DNA from: a candidate division WOR-3 bacterium
GTDB taxonomy: Bacteria; Hydrothermota; Tepidihabitantia; SM23-42
Assembly: GCA_011052815.1 (NCBI GenBank)
Contig: DRIG01000085.1
Coordinates: 1,110-65,109 of the forward strand
DNA length: 64,000 bases
Direction of reading: 5' to 3'
The position numbers and the translations under genes were made by a program. The notes beneath the pieces were generated by a model that made no database searches, was not told where the DNA came from, and saw nothing but the letters and a program-made list of their open reading frames with translations. Of the stretch, positions 1 through 8,923 are shown piece by piece; position 1 is the stretch's first letter, and the number at the start of each line of letters is the position of its first letter.

Positions 1-29
1 TGCATTATAAAAATAACAAATTAAAAACA

Positions 30-833
30 TTGGGAACTCAGGCTGCTCATTTAGTTACCACACTTTATGAGCAAAATAGACCTATATTTTGCCTGAAGGA
101 AGTGCAGAAGATTCTTCGTTTAGATGAAGTCTCTTCACGTAATTTCGTTCGCAAGCTTGTGAACAGAGGAGTTGTTACGCGCTTAAAGCCAGGACTTTTT
201 ATATTGGTCCCATTTGAACTGGGGAAAGAAGCTGAATATATAGGAAACCCCTTCGTTGTAGCCCGAGAGATTGTGGGTGGAAAAGATTACTATCTTTCCC
301 ATGTCACAGCTATGGAAATTCATGGAATGATTACTCAACCTCAATTAGTTGTTTATATCACAACTTTGAAACCGCGCAGGTCTATTACTGCACTGGGTAT
401 AGAATTTCGATTCATTCATAGCCAGAAGAGATATTTCTTTGGTTTGAGCGATCACTGGGTAACAAAACAAGAAAAAGTAAGAGTTAGTGATTTGGAGCGA
501 ACAATTATTGATGGTCTTAAGCAACCAGAATATTGTGGTGGTCTAACAGAAGTAGCTAAAGGGCTTTGGATGCGCTACCAAGATGTAAATATAAACCGAC
601 TTACCAGGTATGCAATAAGGATTGGTGTAGGTGCTGTTATCCGTAGACTCGGATTTTTACTTGAACTTTATAAGATTGGTAATTCTGAAGATTGGGAGAT
701 TCTTCGTTCACATTTAACAGAGACTTATGTGCGATTAGACCCGCTTTTGCCGTCTGAGGGGAAATTCCTGCGAAAGTGGAGAATCCAACTTAATGTATCT
801 CCTGAAGAACTTCTATCTGTAGTGAGGACATAG
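30..833 (+). CDS. abiEi: AbiEi-family antitoxin / transcriptional regulator (COG5340-like, type IV toxin-antitoxin / abortive infection)
   Basis: Winged-HTH-like N-terminus (...VRKLVNRGVVTRLKPGLFILVP...) followed by a C-terminal domain. It sits 4 nt upstream of a DUF1814/AbiEii nucleotidyltransferase gene, the classic AbiE pairing. Confidence 0.6.
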   Translation: MGTQAAHLVTTLYEQNRPIFCLKEVQKILRLDEVSSRNFVRKLVNRGVVTRLKPGLFILVPFELGKEAEYIGNPFVVAREIVGGKDYYLSHVTAMEIHGMITQPQLVVYITTLKPRRSITALGIEFRFIHSQKRYFFGLSDHWVTKQEKVRVSDLERTIIDGLKQPEYCGGLTEVAKGLWMRYQDVNINRLTRYAIRIGVGAVIRRLGFLLELYKIGNSEDWEILRSHLTETYVRLDPLLPSEGKFLRKWRIQLNVSPEELLSVVRT

Positions 834-836
834 CCA

Positions 837-1688
837 ATGATACCCCAACGAAATCTTTCATTACTTTCTAATCGACTCGCCAGAGGAGGAGGGCGACGTA
901 TCCCAGAAACAGTCCTTGAGCGTGACTATTGTCTTTCCTGGTTTTTGATAGGATTATCTTATAGCCCTCTTAAGGATATTCTCCTATTCAAAGGTGGTAC
1001 ATGTATCAAGAAGTGTTACATACCCGACTATCGTTTTTCAGAAGATCTTGATTTTACCTTAGCAGAAGAATGTACTTTTGAGGATATCCAGAAGCATCTT
1101 GATATTGCCTTTAAGCACACACATTTATCCTCAGGCGTCAAACTGTATTTTAGCCATTACGATCGTCATACCCATGAAAATACTTATACCTTTTTCTTGG
1201 GATATGAGGGTCCCTTACCCGCTGTTTCTGGTAAGGAAGTTAAGGTGGATATTACAATAAGGGAAAAAATTGTTTATCCTGTTGAAGAGAAAATAATTCT
1301 TAGAGGATATGAAGGATATGAAGATTTACCTGAGGATGCAGCGATTCGTACTTACTCTATTGACGAGATAGCTGTAGAGAAGGTTGTTGCTTTATTAGAT
1401 AGAGCACGTAACGAACCACGAGACCTATATGATATATGGTATCTGACTTCTAATCAACATGTGAATCTTGCTGAGTTAATCGAAGCTGTTGAAGAGAAGT
1501 GGAAATTCCGGGGCAAAAAATTAACTGATGTAAGGGAAGAATTTCTGCGTAAAGAAGCCCGCCTTAAAAAACTCTGGAAAATGCGTCTTTCCTCTCAAGT
1601 TGCTTTACTACCTGAATTCGGCCAAGTTTATCGAATAGTACAGCGAGAGCTTAGACAGGCAGGTATGCTGAAGCAAAGAAAAATCTGA
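837..1688 (+). CDS. abiEii: AbiEii/AbiGii-family nucleotidyltransferase toxin (DUF1814)
   Basis: Conserved N-terminal nucleotidyltransferase motif LLFKGGTCIKKCYIPDYRFSEDLDFT (AbiEii consensus hKGGTAL...R.S.DIDh). Length about 280 aa. Immediately follows the AbiEi-like gene. Confidence 0.7.
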   Translation: MIPQRNLSLLSNRLARGGGRRIPETVLERDYCLSWFLIGLSYSPLKDILLFKGGTCIKKCYIPDYRFSEDLDFTLAEECTFEDIQKHLDIAFKHTHLSSGVKLYFSHYDRHTHENTYTFFLGYEGPLPAVSGKEVKVDITIREKIVYPVEEKIILRGYEGYEDLPEDAAIRTYSIDEIAVEKVVALLDRARNEPRDLYDIWYLTSNQHVNLAELIEAVEEKWKFRGKKLTDVREEFLRKEARLKKLWKMRLSSQVALLPEFGQVYRIVQRELRQAGMLKQRKI

Positions 1689-1916
1689 TTTTGTTATGTT
1701 AACTTCCTGCCCCTAATTTTAGGATATTGTTGTAACAAATATTAGTACAGAGTTCTTCTTTTGCCAGAGGCAAAAGAGGGGAGAGTGGGCGATGTGTGGT
1801 CAAATCTTCACACTTCACAAATCCTAAAAATGAACCCTCCGTTCAACTTCCACTTCGTAAGTGGAAGTAAAGATTGCCTGATTTATCCATTATGGTTAAA
1901 TATCTATTGGCATATT

Positions 1917-1932
1917 ATCTATTATAGATAAA
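1917..1932 (+). promoter_or_regulatory. Perfect palindrome ATCTATTATAGAT about 20 nt upstream of the XRE-HTH/ImmA gene, a candidate autoregulatory operator
   Basis: ...atattatctattatagataaaatatagaattaaggaggaaagATG. Also contains the half-site repeat tatctatt. Confidence 0.4.
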
Positions 1933-1953
1933 ATATAGAATTAAGGAGGAAAG

Positions 1954-3072
1954 ATGCCAAGCTTAGGTGAAAGGTTGTGCAAAAAACGTGAGTCACTGGG
2001 ATTAACCAGAGCCCAAGCCGCACGGATTACGGGTCTTGAAAACCAGCAGACTTTATACAAAATTGAAAAAGGGCTGCGAAAAGTTCAAATTGATGAACTT
2101 ATAGCACTCTCCAAAGCCTATGCATTTGATGTGAATCTATTTTTGCTATCAGATCAGCCAACACAAAATGCAAATATATTCTGGAGGGCCGAAAAAAAAC
2201 CGTCTAAACCAGTAAAGAAAAAATTCGAGTTAAAGTTAAAAATGTTTTTAGATAGGTTTATTCACTTACAGAAAATACTGGGTAAAGAGAAAATAGGAAC
2301 AAAGTTATCAAATATTACGCTACAGTTATCTTCATTGGATGATGCTGCAGAAACAGGAGAACAGTATAGCAAAATGTTAAATCTTGGAGACCGGCCGGCA
2401 TTGGTTTTCAAAGAGATTCTTGAGGAAGAATATAATTTACCCATCTTCTTCCTTGATATGCCTGATAGAACGTCTGCGATTTCGATAATAACATCTGAAT
2501 ATGCTGCAATATGTGTAAACAAAAGAGAGGTTGCCTGGCGAAGAAATTTTGATATTGCTCATGAATTGTTTCACATATTATATAAACAATTTCCGCCAAA
2601 AAATTGCGGCGGTCTTAATAAAGATACTCAGGAAATTTTTGCAAATGTTTTTGCCTCGGCCTTTTTACTGCCTCGTGTATCTATTGAGAAAGAGATTAAA
2701 AGACGCAAAGGGAAAACAAGATTAAGTATTATTGATTTAGTAGTTATGGCCTGCGATTATGATGTTTCATTAGATGCCCTACTCTGGCGGTTAGTAAATT
2801 TGGGATATTTAAAAAGAGATAAGGCAGAGGCAATAATGGAGTGCGATGCACTGAAACAATATTATAAAAATATTAGGAGATCCGGATTGGAAAAAATACC
2901 TTATATATCTAAAAAATATGTATGTTTGGTATTTGATGCATTCCGACGAGGATTAATCTCTGAAATGAGAGCTGCTGAATATCTTAATGTGACAGTTAAC
3001 AAAATAAATAAAATATTTGCGGACATAGGACTTATGTGGAAGGACGATTCGGATTTTGAAATTACTATGTGA
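1954..3072 (+). CDS. Fusion protein: N-terminal XRE-family helix-turn-helix domain plus ImmA/IrrE-family zinc metallopeptidase domain (COG2856)
   Basis: N-terminus MPSLGERLCKKRESLGLTRAQAARITGLENQQTLYKIEKG is an XRE-type HTH. An HEXXH motif (IAHELFHIL) lies mid-protein, typical of ImmA/IrrE anti-repressor peptidases. A palindromic sequence lies just upstream. Confidence 0.65.
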   Translation: MPSLGERLCKKRESLGLTRAQAARITGLENQQTLYKIEKGLRKVQIDELIALSKAYAFDVNLFLLSDQPTQNANIFWRAEKKPSKPVKKKFELKLKMFLDRFIHLQKILGKEKIGTKLSNITLQLSSLDDAAETGEQYSKMLNLGDRPALVFKEILEEEYNLPIFFLDMPDRTSAISIITSEYAAICVNKREVAWRRNFDIAHELFHILYKQFPPKNCGGLNKDTQEIFANVFASAFLLPRVSIEKEIKRRKGKTRLSIIDLVVMACDYDVSLDALLWRLVNLGYLKRDKAEAIMECDALKQYYKNIRRSGLEKIPYISKKYVCLVFDAFRRGLISEMRAAEYLNVTVNKINKIFADIGLMWKDDSDFEITM

Positions 3073-3358
3073 TGCGGTTATTGTAATTGAGTCCCATAAT
3101 TTAAAAATCTGGCAATACCTGCAGAATCGTCATGAAATTTTCATCAGTTCAGTCGTAAAAGATGAATGCCTTCATTGTTTCACCCAGGGAAAAAGACAGT
3201 TTATAGATATGGAAAAAGATATAAAGCGAGGATCAATAAAGATATTAACCCTTGAAAACTCCAGGAGAATAAGATTACCCTATAAATGTACTGAAAAGGC
3301 TCTAAGAGAATTTGAACGCGAGGCACTGCAAAATTTCGGCACCACAAGAGAATGTTAG
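3056..3358 (+). CDS. Hypothetical small protein (TTG start, overlaps the 3' end of the XRE-ImmA gene)
   Basis: 100-codon ORF with no in-frame ATG until codon ~52 and no recognisable motif. Its position directly after an HTH-peptidase regulator is the only support. Confidence 0.2.
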   Translation: MKLLCDAVIVIESHNLKIWQYLQNRHEIFISSVVKDECLHCFTQGKRQFIDMEKDIKRGSIKILTLENSRRIRLPYKCTEKALREFEREALQNFGTTREC

Positions 3359-3384
3359 AGGAGGAACAATTTACCAAATAATAC

Positions 3385-3412
3385 TTGACAATGCTAAAAA
3401 TATATATACAAT
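3385..3412 (+). promoter_or_regulatory. Sigma70-type promoter (TTGACA-N16-TACAAT) for the phzF-like gene. The -10 ends about 6 nt before the ATG at 3419, so the transcript would be leaderless.
   Basis: ttgaca(3385-3390)...tacaat(3407-3412). No Shine-Dalgarno between the -10 and the ATG. Confidence 0.45.
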
Positions 3413-3418
3413 TTTTAT

Positions 3419-4345
3419 ATGCCACAATGGATTAAAGCAAAGCGGATGAGCGCATTCACCTCACTGCCGTATGCGGGCAACCCGGCGTGGGTTGTTCTGG
3501 GCGCTGAAAACCTGTCAGAGCGTCAGATGCAGAAATTAGCCTATGATCTGAATCCGCTCTCTGATACTGCATTCGTGCTTCCCGAATCGACGAAAGAGGC
3601 TGATGTTTTCCTGCGTTTCTTTACCGGCTCCGGTGAGGTGAATTTTTCCGGACATGCAGCAGTGGCGACCTACTTTGCATTGAGTGGAGAAAAGATTCTT
3701 CCGATTCAGGAGCCCAAGACAACGATAAGGATGCGCACCAAGGCAGGTATTCAACAGGTGGAAGTGAGGGTGAAAGGTGATAAGATTACACGCACCACGG
3801 TTCTGCTCTCAAAACCCAATTATATGACCATCGACATCAATCCTGTAGCGGTCGCCAAATTCCTGGGTCTTACCCCAAGCGACCTTGCCGCCACCGGCCT
3901 GCCGTTCGATATAATATCCGTGGGTTTCTTTGATTTAATCGTACCCCTGAAAAGACTGGATGATTTGAGGAACATCCAGCCCAATTTTTCTTTAATGGAC
4001 AGTTTCTGCACGAGATTGGGAATCCAGGGGGTAGTGGTATTCTGTATGGAGACGTTTGAAGCCGGGGACACCGCGTTTATGAGACATTTTGCTCCTTCAC
4101 TCGGTGTTAATGAAGATCCCATATCCGGCGCATCTGCAGGAAGTCTTGGATGTTATTTAATCAGGAATAAATTGATTGAGCCGTCCAATTTTTCACGGAT
4201 AATGATCGAACAGGGTTATCTCCAGGAACGGCAGGGCCGGGTCTATGTTCATATCGAATGCACCAGAGATCAGATCTTAAGGGTGAAGGTCGGCGGTAAT
4301 GCGGTCCTCACCTTTACCGGCTATATCCTTACTCCAGAACCATAA
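3419..4345 (+). CDS. PhzF-family phenazine-biosynthesis-like isomerase
   Basis: N-terminal ...FTSLPYAGNPAWVVLGAE..., about 300 aa, with the typical PhzF/YHI9 fold signature. The true start may be the internal Met at codon 10 (MSAFTS). Confidence 0.65.
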   Translation: MPQWIKAKRMSAFTSLPYAGNPAWVVLGAENLSERQMQKLAYDLNPLSDTAFVLPESTKEADVFLRFFTGSGEVNFSGHAAVATYFALSGEKILPIQEPKTTIRMRTKAGIQQVEVRVKGDKITRTTVLLSKPNYMTIDINPVAVAKFLGLTPSDLAATGLPFDIISVGFFDLIVPLKRLDDLRNIQPNFSLMDSFCTRLGIQGVVVFCMETFEAGDTAFMRHFAPSLGVNEDPISGASAGSLGCYLIRNKLIEPSNFSRIMIEQGYLQERQGRVYVHIECTRDQILRVKVGGNAVLTFTGYILTPEP

Positions 4346-4393
4346 ATTACACAGAATAGAAATCTAATTTAAAATAAAATTAAAGGGGATTTT

Positions 4394-5095
4394 TCAGTTT
4401 TTTTTTGAATTTTTCTCTTGTTCGCTGATCAGGTGTTTAACGAATATCTTGACGATGGCGGGATCGAATTGATGACCGGCGTTTCTTTTTAATTCCTCGA
4501 TTGCTTCTTTTTTTGTCATTGCTTTGCGGTACGGCCTTTTTGAGGTCATCGCATCATAGGCGTCTGCAACAGCGATTATTCTGCCGATGAGGGGAATTTC
4601 TCCTTTCATCAGTCCTTCTGGATAGCCCGAGCCGTCATAATATTCGTGGTGGGTCTTTATTCCTTTGAGTGCTTCAATCAATTCACTGAAGCCAGCCAGC
4701 ATATAATAGCCGCGCATCACATGCATTGTTACTTCATTCTTTTCCTGACGCGTTAATTTTCTCGGTTTCAAGAGGATCTGTTCGTCGATACCGATCTTCC
4801 CAAAATCATGCAACAAAGCAGCGACTTCAAGAATAACCTTTTCGCGTTCGGAAAAACCCAGGTCATCGGCGATCTTGAGACAGTAGTCGGTCACCCTGAG
4901 GCTGTGTCCGTCACGGTAAGGAACCTTACTGTCGATCTCAGCTCCGATTTGTCTCAGGTCTTTTAATGCTTCCCTGGGGTTCTCCTGGAGAGTGGTGGCG
5001 ACAACACTGAGGCAGCGGATTATTTCGTCGAGGTTAATGCTTTTATCGCTTTTTGGGTCCATACTTAAGTATAATAAATTTTTATTGATTGTCAA
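4394..5095 (-). CDS. HD-GYP domain phosphohydrolase (probable c-di-GMP phosphodiesterase)
   Basis: HD motif (LLHDFGKIGI) and HHEYYDGSGYPEGL, which is the HD-GYP signature. Confidence 0.75.
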   Translation of the reverse strand: MTINKNLLYLSMDPKSDKSINLDEIIRCLSVVATTLQENPREALKDLRQIGAEIDSKVPYRDGHSLRVTDYCLKIADDLGFSEREKVILEVAALLHDFGKIGIDEQILLKPRKLTRQEKNEVTMHVMRGYYMLAGFSELIEALKGIKTHHEYYDGSGYPEGLMKGEIPLIGRIIAVADAYDAMTSKRPYRKAMTKKEAIEELKRNAGHQFDPAIVKIFVKHLISEQEKNSKKN

Positions 5096-5102
5096 GTATT
5101 GC

Positions 5103-5130
5103 TTGACTTACTTCAAAAATTGGCTATACT
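5103..5130 (+). promoter_or_regulatory. Sigma70-type promoter TTGACT-N16-TATACT for the rnf operon. The -10 ends 7 nt before the rnfC ATG (5138), so this would be leaderless.
   Basis: ttgact 5103-5108, tatact 5125-5130, then aactacc and ATG at 5138. No Shine-Dalgarno. Confidence 0.5.
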
Positions 5131-5137
5131 AACTACC

Positions 5138-6430
5138 ATGTTTACGGGATTTTCCGGTGGAGTCCATCCCCCAGAAAATAAAGACACTGAGAATTTAGCC
5201 ATTGAAGTAATGCCCGTTCCCAAGAGGGTTTATATTCCTTTTTCACAGCATGCTGGTAAACCCGCAAAGCCATTGGTCGAAAAAGGGGATGAAGTGAAGA
5301 TCGGAACCAAGATCGGAGAAGCTGATGGATTTATTTCGTCAGCGGTACATGCCAGTATTTCAGGCAGGGTTGTTGATGTCAGGTCCCACCCTCATCCGGT
5401 GCTCGGTTCTTCGCTTTGCTGTATCATTGAATCGACCGACGGCGAGGAATGGGAAAGTGGAGTGAAAGAAAAGAGTGATTACGAAAATTTATCGAAAGAA
5501 GAGCTTATTCAAATCGTCAGGGACGCCGGAATCGTGGGACTCGGCGGCGCCGCTTTTCCGACCCATGTGAAGTTATCACCTCCCGAGGACAAAAAGATCG
5601 ACACCCTTATTATCAATGGTTGTGAGTGTGAGCCCATGCTCACTGCTGACCATCGATTGATGCTTGAATACCCGATCGGCATTATTGAAGGTGCACGTAT
5701 TTTTCAAAAGGTTGTTGGAGCGGAAAAATTGATCTTCGGTATCGAAGATAATAAGAAAAATGCAGCGGAGATTTTAAAGAAAGAAGGTGTGGAGGTCCGG
5801 CTTTTGAAGACGAAATATCCTCAGGGTGCGGAGAAACAGCTGATTAAGGCGTTGTTGAATCGTACGGTACCAAGGGGTGGATTGCCGATGGATGTGGGTT
5901 GTCTTGTGCAGAACGTCGGCACCTGTTATGCAGCGTTTCAGGCGGCGAAGTTCCGCAAACCGCTTATTGACCGGGTCGTCACGGTGACCGGAGACGGTGT
6001 TAAGGAATCAAAAGTTCTCCTGGTGAGGATCGGCACCCGGATGATTGATATAATCAATTTCTGCGGCGGATATGTCAGTCAGCCCAAAAAAGTTATTTTC
6101 GGCGGTCCTATGATGGGTATTGCCCAGTATTCCGAGGAAGTGCCGATTATTAAAGGAACCTCAGGAATTCTTGTCTGGCTGGATGCTTACGAAGAAGAAG
6201 AAGGACCCTGTGTGCGGTGTGCGGCATGCGTTGATGTATGTCCTATGGGGTTGATGCCCACGGAGATTTATAAATATGTGAAGAACAAGAATTTCGACGC
6301 TGCCAGGGATTACGGGGTCCTTGATTGTATTGAGTGCGGTTGTTGCGCCTATGCCTGTCCGGCGAAGATAAAGCTTGTCCACTACATAAAATTCGGTAAG
6401 AGTGAAGTCTGGAGAAAGATGAAGAAATGA
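5138..6430 (+). CDS. rnfC: Rnf electron-transport complex subunit C (RnfC)
   Basis: N-terminal MFTGFSGGVHPP (RnfC N-terminal consensus), NADH-binding GLGGAAFPTHVK, and two 4Fe-4S ferredoxin motifs CVRCAACVDVCP and CIECGCCAYACP. Start taken at the internal Met because the upstream part of the long ORF (5099) overlaps the promoter. Confidence 0.85.
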   Translation: MFTGFSGGVHPPENKDTENLAIEVMPVPKRVYIPFSQHAGKPAKPLVEKGDEVKIGTKIGEADGFISSAVHASISGRVVDVRSHPHPVLGSSLCCIIESTDGEEWESGVKEKSDYENLSKEELIQIVRDAGIVGLGGAAFPTHVKLSPPEDKKIDTLIINGCECEPMLTADHRLMLEYPIGIIEGARIFQKVVGAEKLIFGIEDNKKNAAEILKKEGVEVRLLKTKYPQGAEKQLIKALLNRTVPRGGLPMDVGCLVQNVGTCYAAFQAAKFRKPLIDRVVTVTGDGVKESKVLLVRIGTRMIDIINFCGGYVSQPKKVIFGGPMMGIAQYSEEVPIIKGTSGILVWLDAYEEEEGPCVRCAACVDVCPMGLMPTEIYKYVKNKNFDAARDYGVLDCIECGCCAYACPAKIKLVHYIKFGKSEVWRKMKK

Positions 6431-7431
6431 AAGAACTGTTCGTTGTTTCCGCATCTCCTCATATTAGGGGCAAAGGCAGTATAGACAGAGCAATGAAGCT
6501 CGTCATCCTCGCCTTGATGCCGGCTTTTGCTTTCAGTGTTTATCTGTTCGGCATACGGGCCCTTTTGATAACCCTCGTCAGTATTATCGTATGCCTTTTA
6601 AGTGAAGCGGTAATGCAGAAATTGCTTGGCAAAAATATTACAATAACCGACGGCAGTGCATTGCTCACCGGTCTCCTGCTGTCTTTTAACCTTCCACCCG
6701 GTGTTCCTCTGTGGCTGCCCGCGGTGGGAAGCATCTTTGCGATAGTCTTTGCAAAACAGTTATTCGGCGGCCTTGGTTATAATTTCATTAACCCGGCGCT
6801 CGCCGGCAGGGCGTTTTTGATGGCATCCTGGCCGTCGCTCATGACCAAGGAATGGCTTGCTCCCACAGGCGGTTCAATATCAGGCATTGACGGAGTTACA
6901 AGTGCCACTCCTTTGACCCTGCTCAAGAATCCGGCGAATTTCGGTTCTCCTGAGGTGATTATTAAACAGTTGAATGACATTACCACGATAAAGAATCTTT
7001 TTATCGGAAAAGTGGGTGGTTGTATCGGCGAGACTTCAGCTCTGTTCCTCTTAGTGGGAGGAATATTTTTACTTATTATCGGAATCATTGATTATCGGAT
7101 AGTGGCGGGATATCTGGGAAGCTTTTTCCTGCTGGCACTGGTGCTGCCGACAAAGGCGAATATCTTCTTCCATCTCTTCTCGGGCGGACTTTTCCTGGGT
7201 GCCTTTTTTATGGCGACTGACTGGGTGACTTCACCGGTGACAAAGAAGGGGAGGTGGATTTTCGGTGTCGGTTGCGGAGTTCTCACCGTCATCATACGAA
7301 TCTGGGGTGGTTATCCCGAAGGTGTATCATATTCAATCCTTCTTATGAATGTTTTCACGCCGGTTATCGACCGCTTCACCAGAGAAAAAGTATTCGGCAC
7401 TTTGCGGTCAAAGAAGGAGGCTGTTAAATGA
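6427..7431 (+). CDS. rnfD: Rnf complex subunit D (RnfD/NqrB family membrane protein)
   Basis: Polytopic membrane protein with an ATGA overlap onto the rnfC stop. Conserved NqrB/RnfD features, including the FMN-attachment region ...GVTSATPL... Confidence 0.8.
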   Translation: MKELFVVSASPHIRGKGSIDRAMKLVILALMPAFAFSVYLFGIRALLITLVSIIVCLLSEAVMQKLLGKNITITDGSALLTGLLLSFNLPPGVPLWLPAVGSIFAIVFAKQLFGGLGYNFINPALAGRAFLMASWPSLMTKEWLAPTGGSISGIDGVTSATPLTLLKNPANFGSPEVIIKQLNDITTIKNLFIGKVGGCIGETSALFLLVGGIFLLIIGIIDYRIVAGYLGSFFLLALVLPTKANIFFHLFSGGLFLGAFFMATDWVTSPVTKKGRWIFGVGCGVLTVIIRIWGGYPEGVSYSILLMNVFTPVIDRFTREKVFGTLRSKKEAVK

Positions 7432-8324
7432 CCAGTACAAAACAGATGATAATAATGCTTTTTGTCGTTGCAGCCGTTTGTTCCATAGTACTTTCTTTTG
7501 TTTATTCATATACGGAGCCGCGTATTGAAGAGACCAAAAAAGAGATGACGCTCGCCGGTCTCAGAGAGGTGATTGAAGCACAGGAATTTGTTGAGGTGCT
7601 GCCGGACACCCTGTGGCGGGCTCTGGACAGCAATGGTGAGTTTACCGGTATCGTCTTCAGGGTTTTTCCTCAGGGGTATGGCGGTCCGATTCCCATTACT
7701 GTGGGGCTTGACCGCAACGGTATCATCACCGGGATAAGAATCGCCAGTGCCGCCGAAGGTTTAAAAGAAACCCCGGGTCTGGGAGCGAAGATAACCGAAC
7801 CTGCTTTTACCGGACAGTTTATCGGTAAGTGCGCCGCAGCGATCCAGATTAAAAAAGACGGGGGCGAGATTGATGCAATTACGGCGGCGACGATTTCCTC
7901 GCGGGCAGTGTGCAATGGAGTCAAAAACGGCATCGAAACCTATAAAAATTATCTGGGAACTCCAATCGATAAAAAATGTGTTTTTCGTGACGCCCGGGAA
8001 TTCATTGAAATAATCAAAGATACACTCTGGTTTGCAACAGCCGATTCCGATACCCTGGGTATTGTGTTTATCGGCGTCACTCAGGGGTATGCGGATGATA
8101 TTAAATTCATCGTCGGTCTGGACAGGAAAGGTAAGATCACCGGTGTTGAAATCCTCTACTCGAATGAGACGCCGGGGTACGGAGAAAGGATAAAAGAGAA
8201 AGATTTCCTCGATCGTTTCAAAGAAGGGATTCCTGAAGCGATAACCGGTGCGACGATATCATCACAGGCACTTATCAATGCGGTCAAAGAGAATATTGAA
8301 AGGTTCAAGGAGTATCTCAAATGA
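7428..8324 (+). CDS. rnfG: Rnf complex subunit G with TANDEMLY DUPLICATED FMN-binding domains
   Basis: N-terminal TM helix followed by two homologous FMN_bind domains. Each ends in the covalent-FMN Thr motif: IDAITAATISSRAV and IPEAITGATISSQAL. At 298 aa it is well beyond the usual ~200 aa. Confidence 0.8.
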   Translation: MTSTKQMIIMLFVVAAVCSIVLSFVYSYTEPRIEETKKEMTLAGLREVIEAQEFVEVLPDTLWRALDSNGEFTGIVFRVFPQGYGGPIPITVGLDRNGIITGIRIASAAEGLKETPGLGAKITEPAFTGQFIGKCAAAIQIKKDGGEIDAITAATISSRAVCNGVKNGIETYKNYLGTPIDKKCVFRDAREFIEIIKDTLWFATADSDTLGIVFIGVTQGYADDIKFIVGLDRKGKITGVEILYSNETPGYGERIKEKDFLDRFKEGIPEAITGATISSQALINAVKENIERFKEYLK

Positions 8325-8923
8325 ACAGATGGAAAGTTTTTACAAGAGGCCTGGTGAAAGAGAACGCCGTGCTCATTCTGATGATCGGCCTGTGTCCCGC
8401 CCTTGCCACCTCAGCGACTGTGCGTGATGGTTTCGGTATGGGAATCGCCGCCACTTTTGTGCTGCTCTTTTCCAATCTTATTATTTCAATAATGAGAAAA
8501 ACGATACCGAATGAGGTGCGGATTCCCATATTCATTCTGATTATTTCCACTTTCGTGACGATCATCGATTACTTTATGCAGGCGTTTCAGCCTGATCTCT
8601 ATCGCGCCCTCGGTGTTTTCGTTCCTTTGATCGTCGTGAACTGTATGATTCTGGGAAGGGCAGAGGCGTTTGCGTCGAAAAGTTCTGTTATCGATTCGGT
8701 CCTCGACGGTCTTGGCGTCGGCCTGGGATTCACTCTCGCCCTGACTGTTATGGGCACAATCAGAGAGATTCTCGGTAACGGCACATTTCTGGGGATGACG
8801 GTCTTTGGTGACGGTTTCAGAAAATCACCGGTGATATTTATGATTCTATCACCGGGCGCGTTTCTTGTGATAGGAATTCTGAAGGCGCTCATAAACAAAT
8901 ATATCAAAAAGGAGAATCAATGA
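8321..8923 (+). CDS. rnfE: Rnf complex subunit E
   Basis: RnfE/NqrD family membrane protein (LGLCPALATS...). ATGA coupling to rnfG. Confidence 0.8.
   Translation: MNRWKVFTRGLVKENAVLILMIGLCPALATSATVRDGFGMGIAATFVLLFSNLIISIMRKTIPNEVRIPIFILIISTFVTIIDYFMQAFQPDLYRALGVFVPLIVVNCMILGRAEAFASKSSVIDSVLDGLGVGLGFTLALTVMGTIREILGNGTFLGMTVFGDGFRKSPVIFMILSPGAFLVIGILKALINKYIKKENQ

Noticed and set aside
1078-1260. 60-aa ORF inside abiEii in another frame
   Set aside because: Embedded in the conserved nucleotidyltransferase domain. No signals.
5099-5137. Upstream extension of rnfC (MLDLLQKLAILTT...)
   Set aside because: The TTG-initiated extension overlaps the -35/-10 elements. The RnfC consensus N-terminus begins at the internal Met (MFTGFSGGVHPP).
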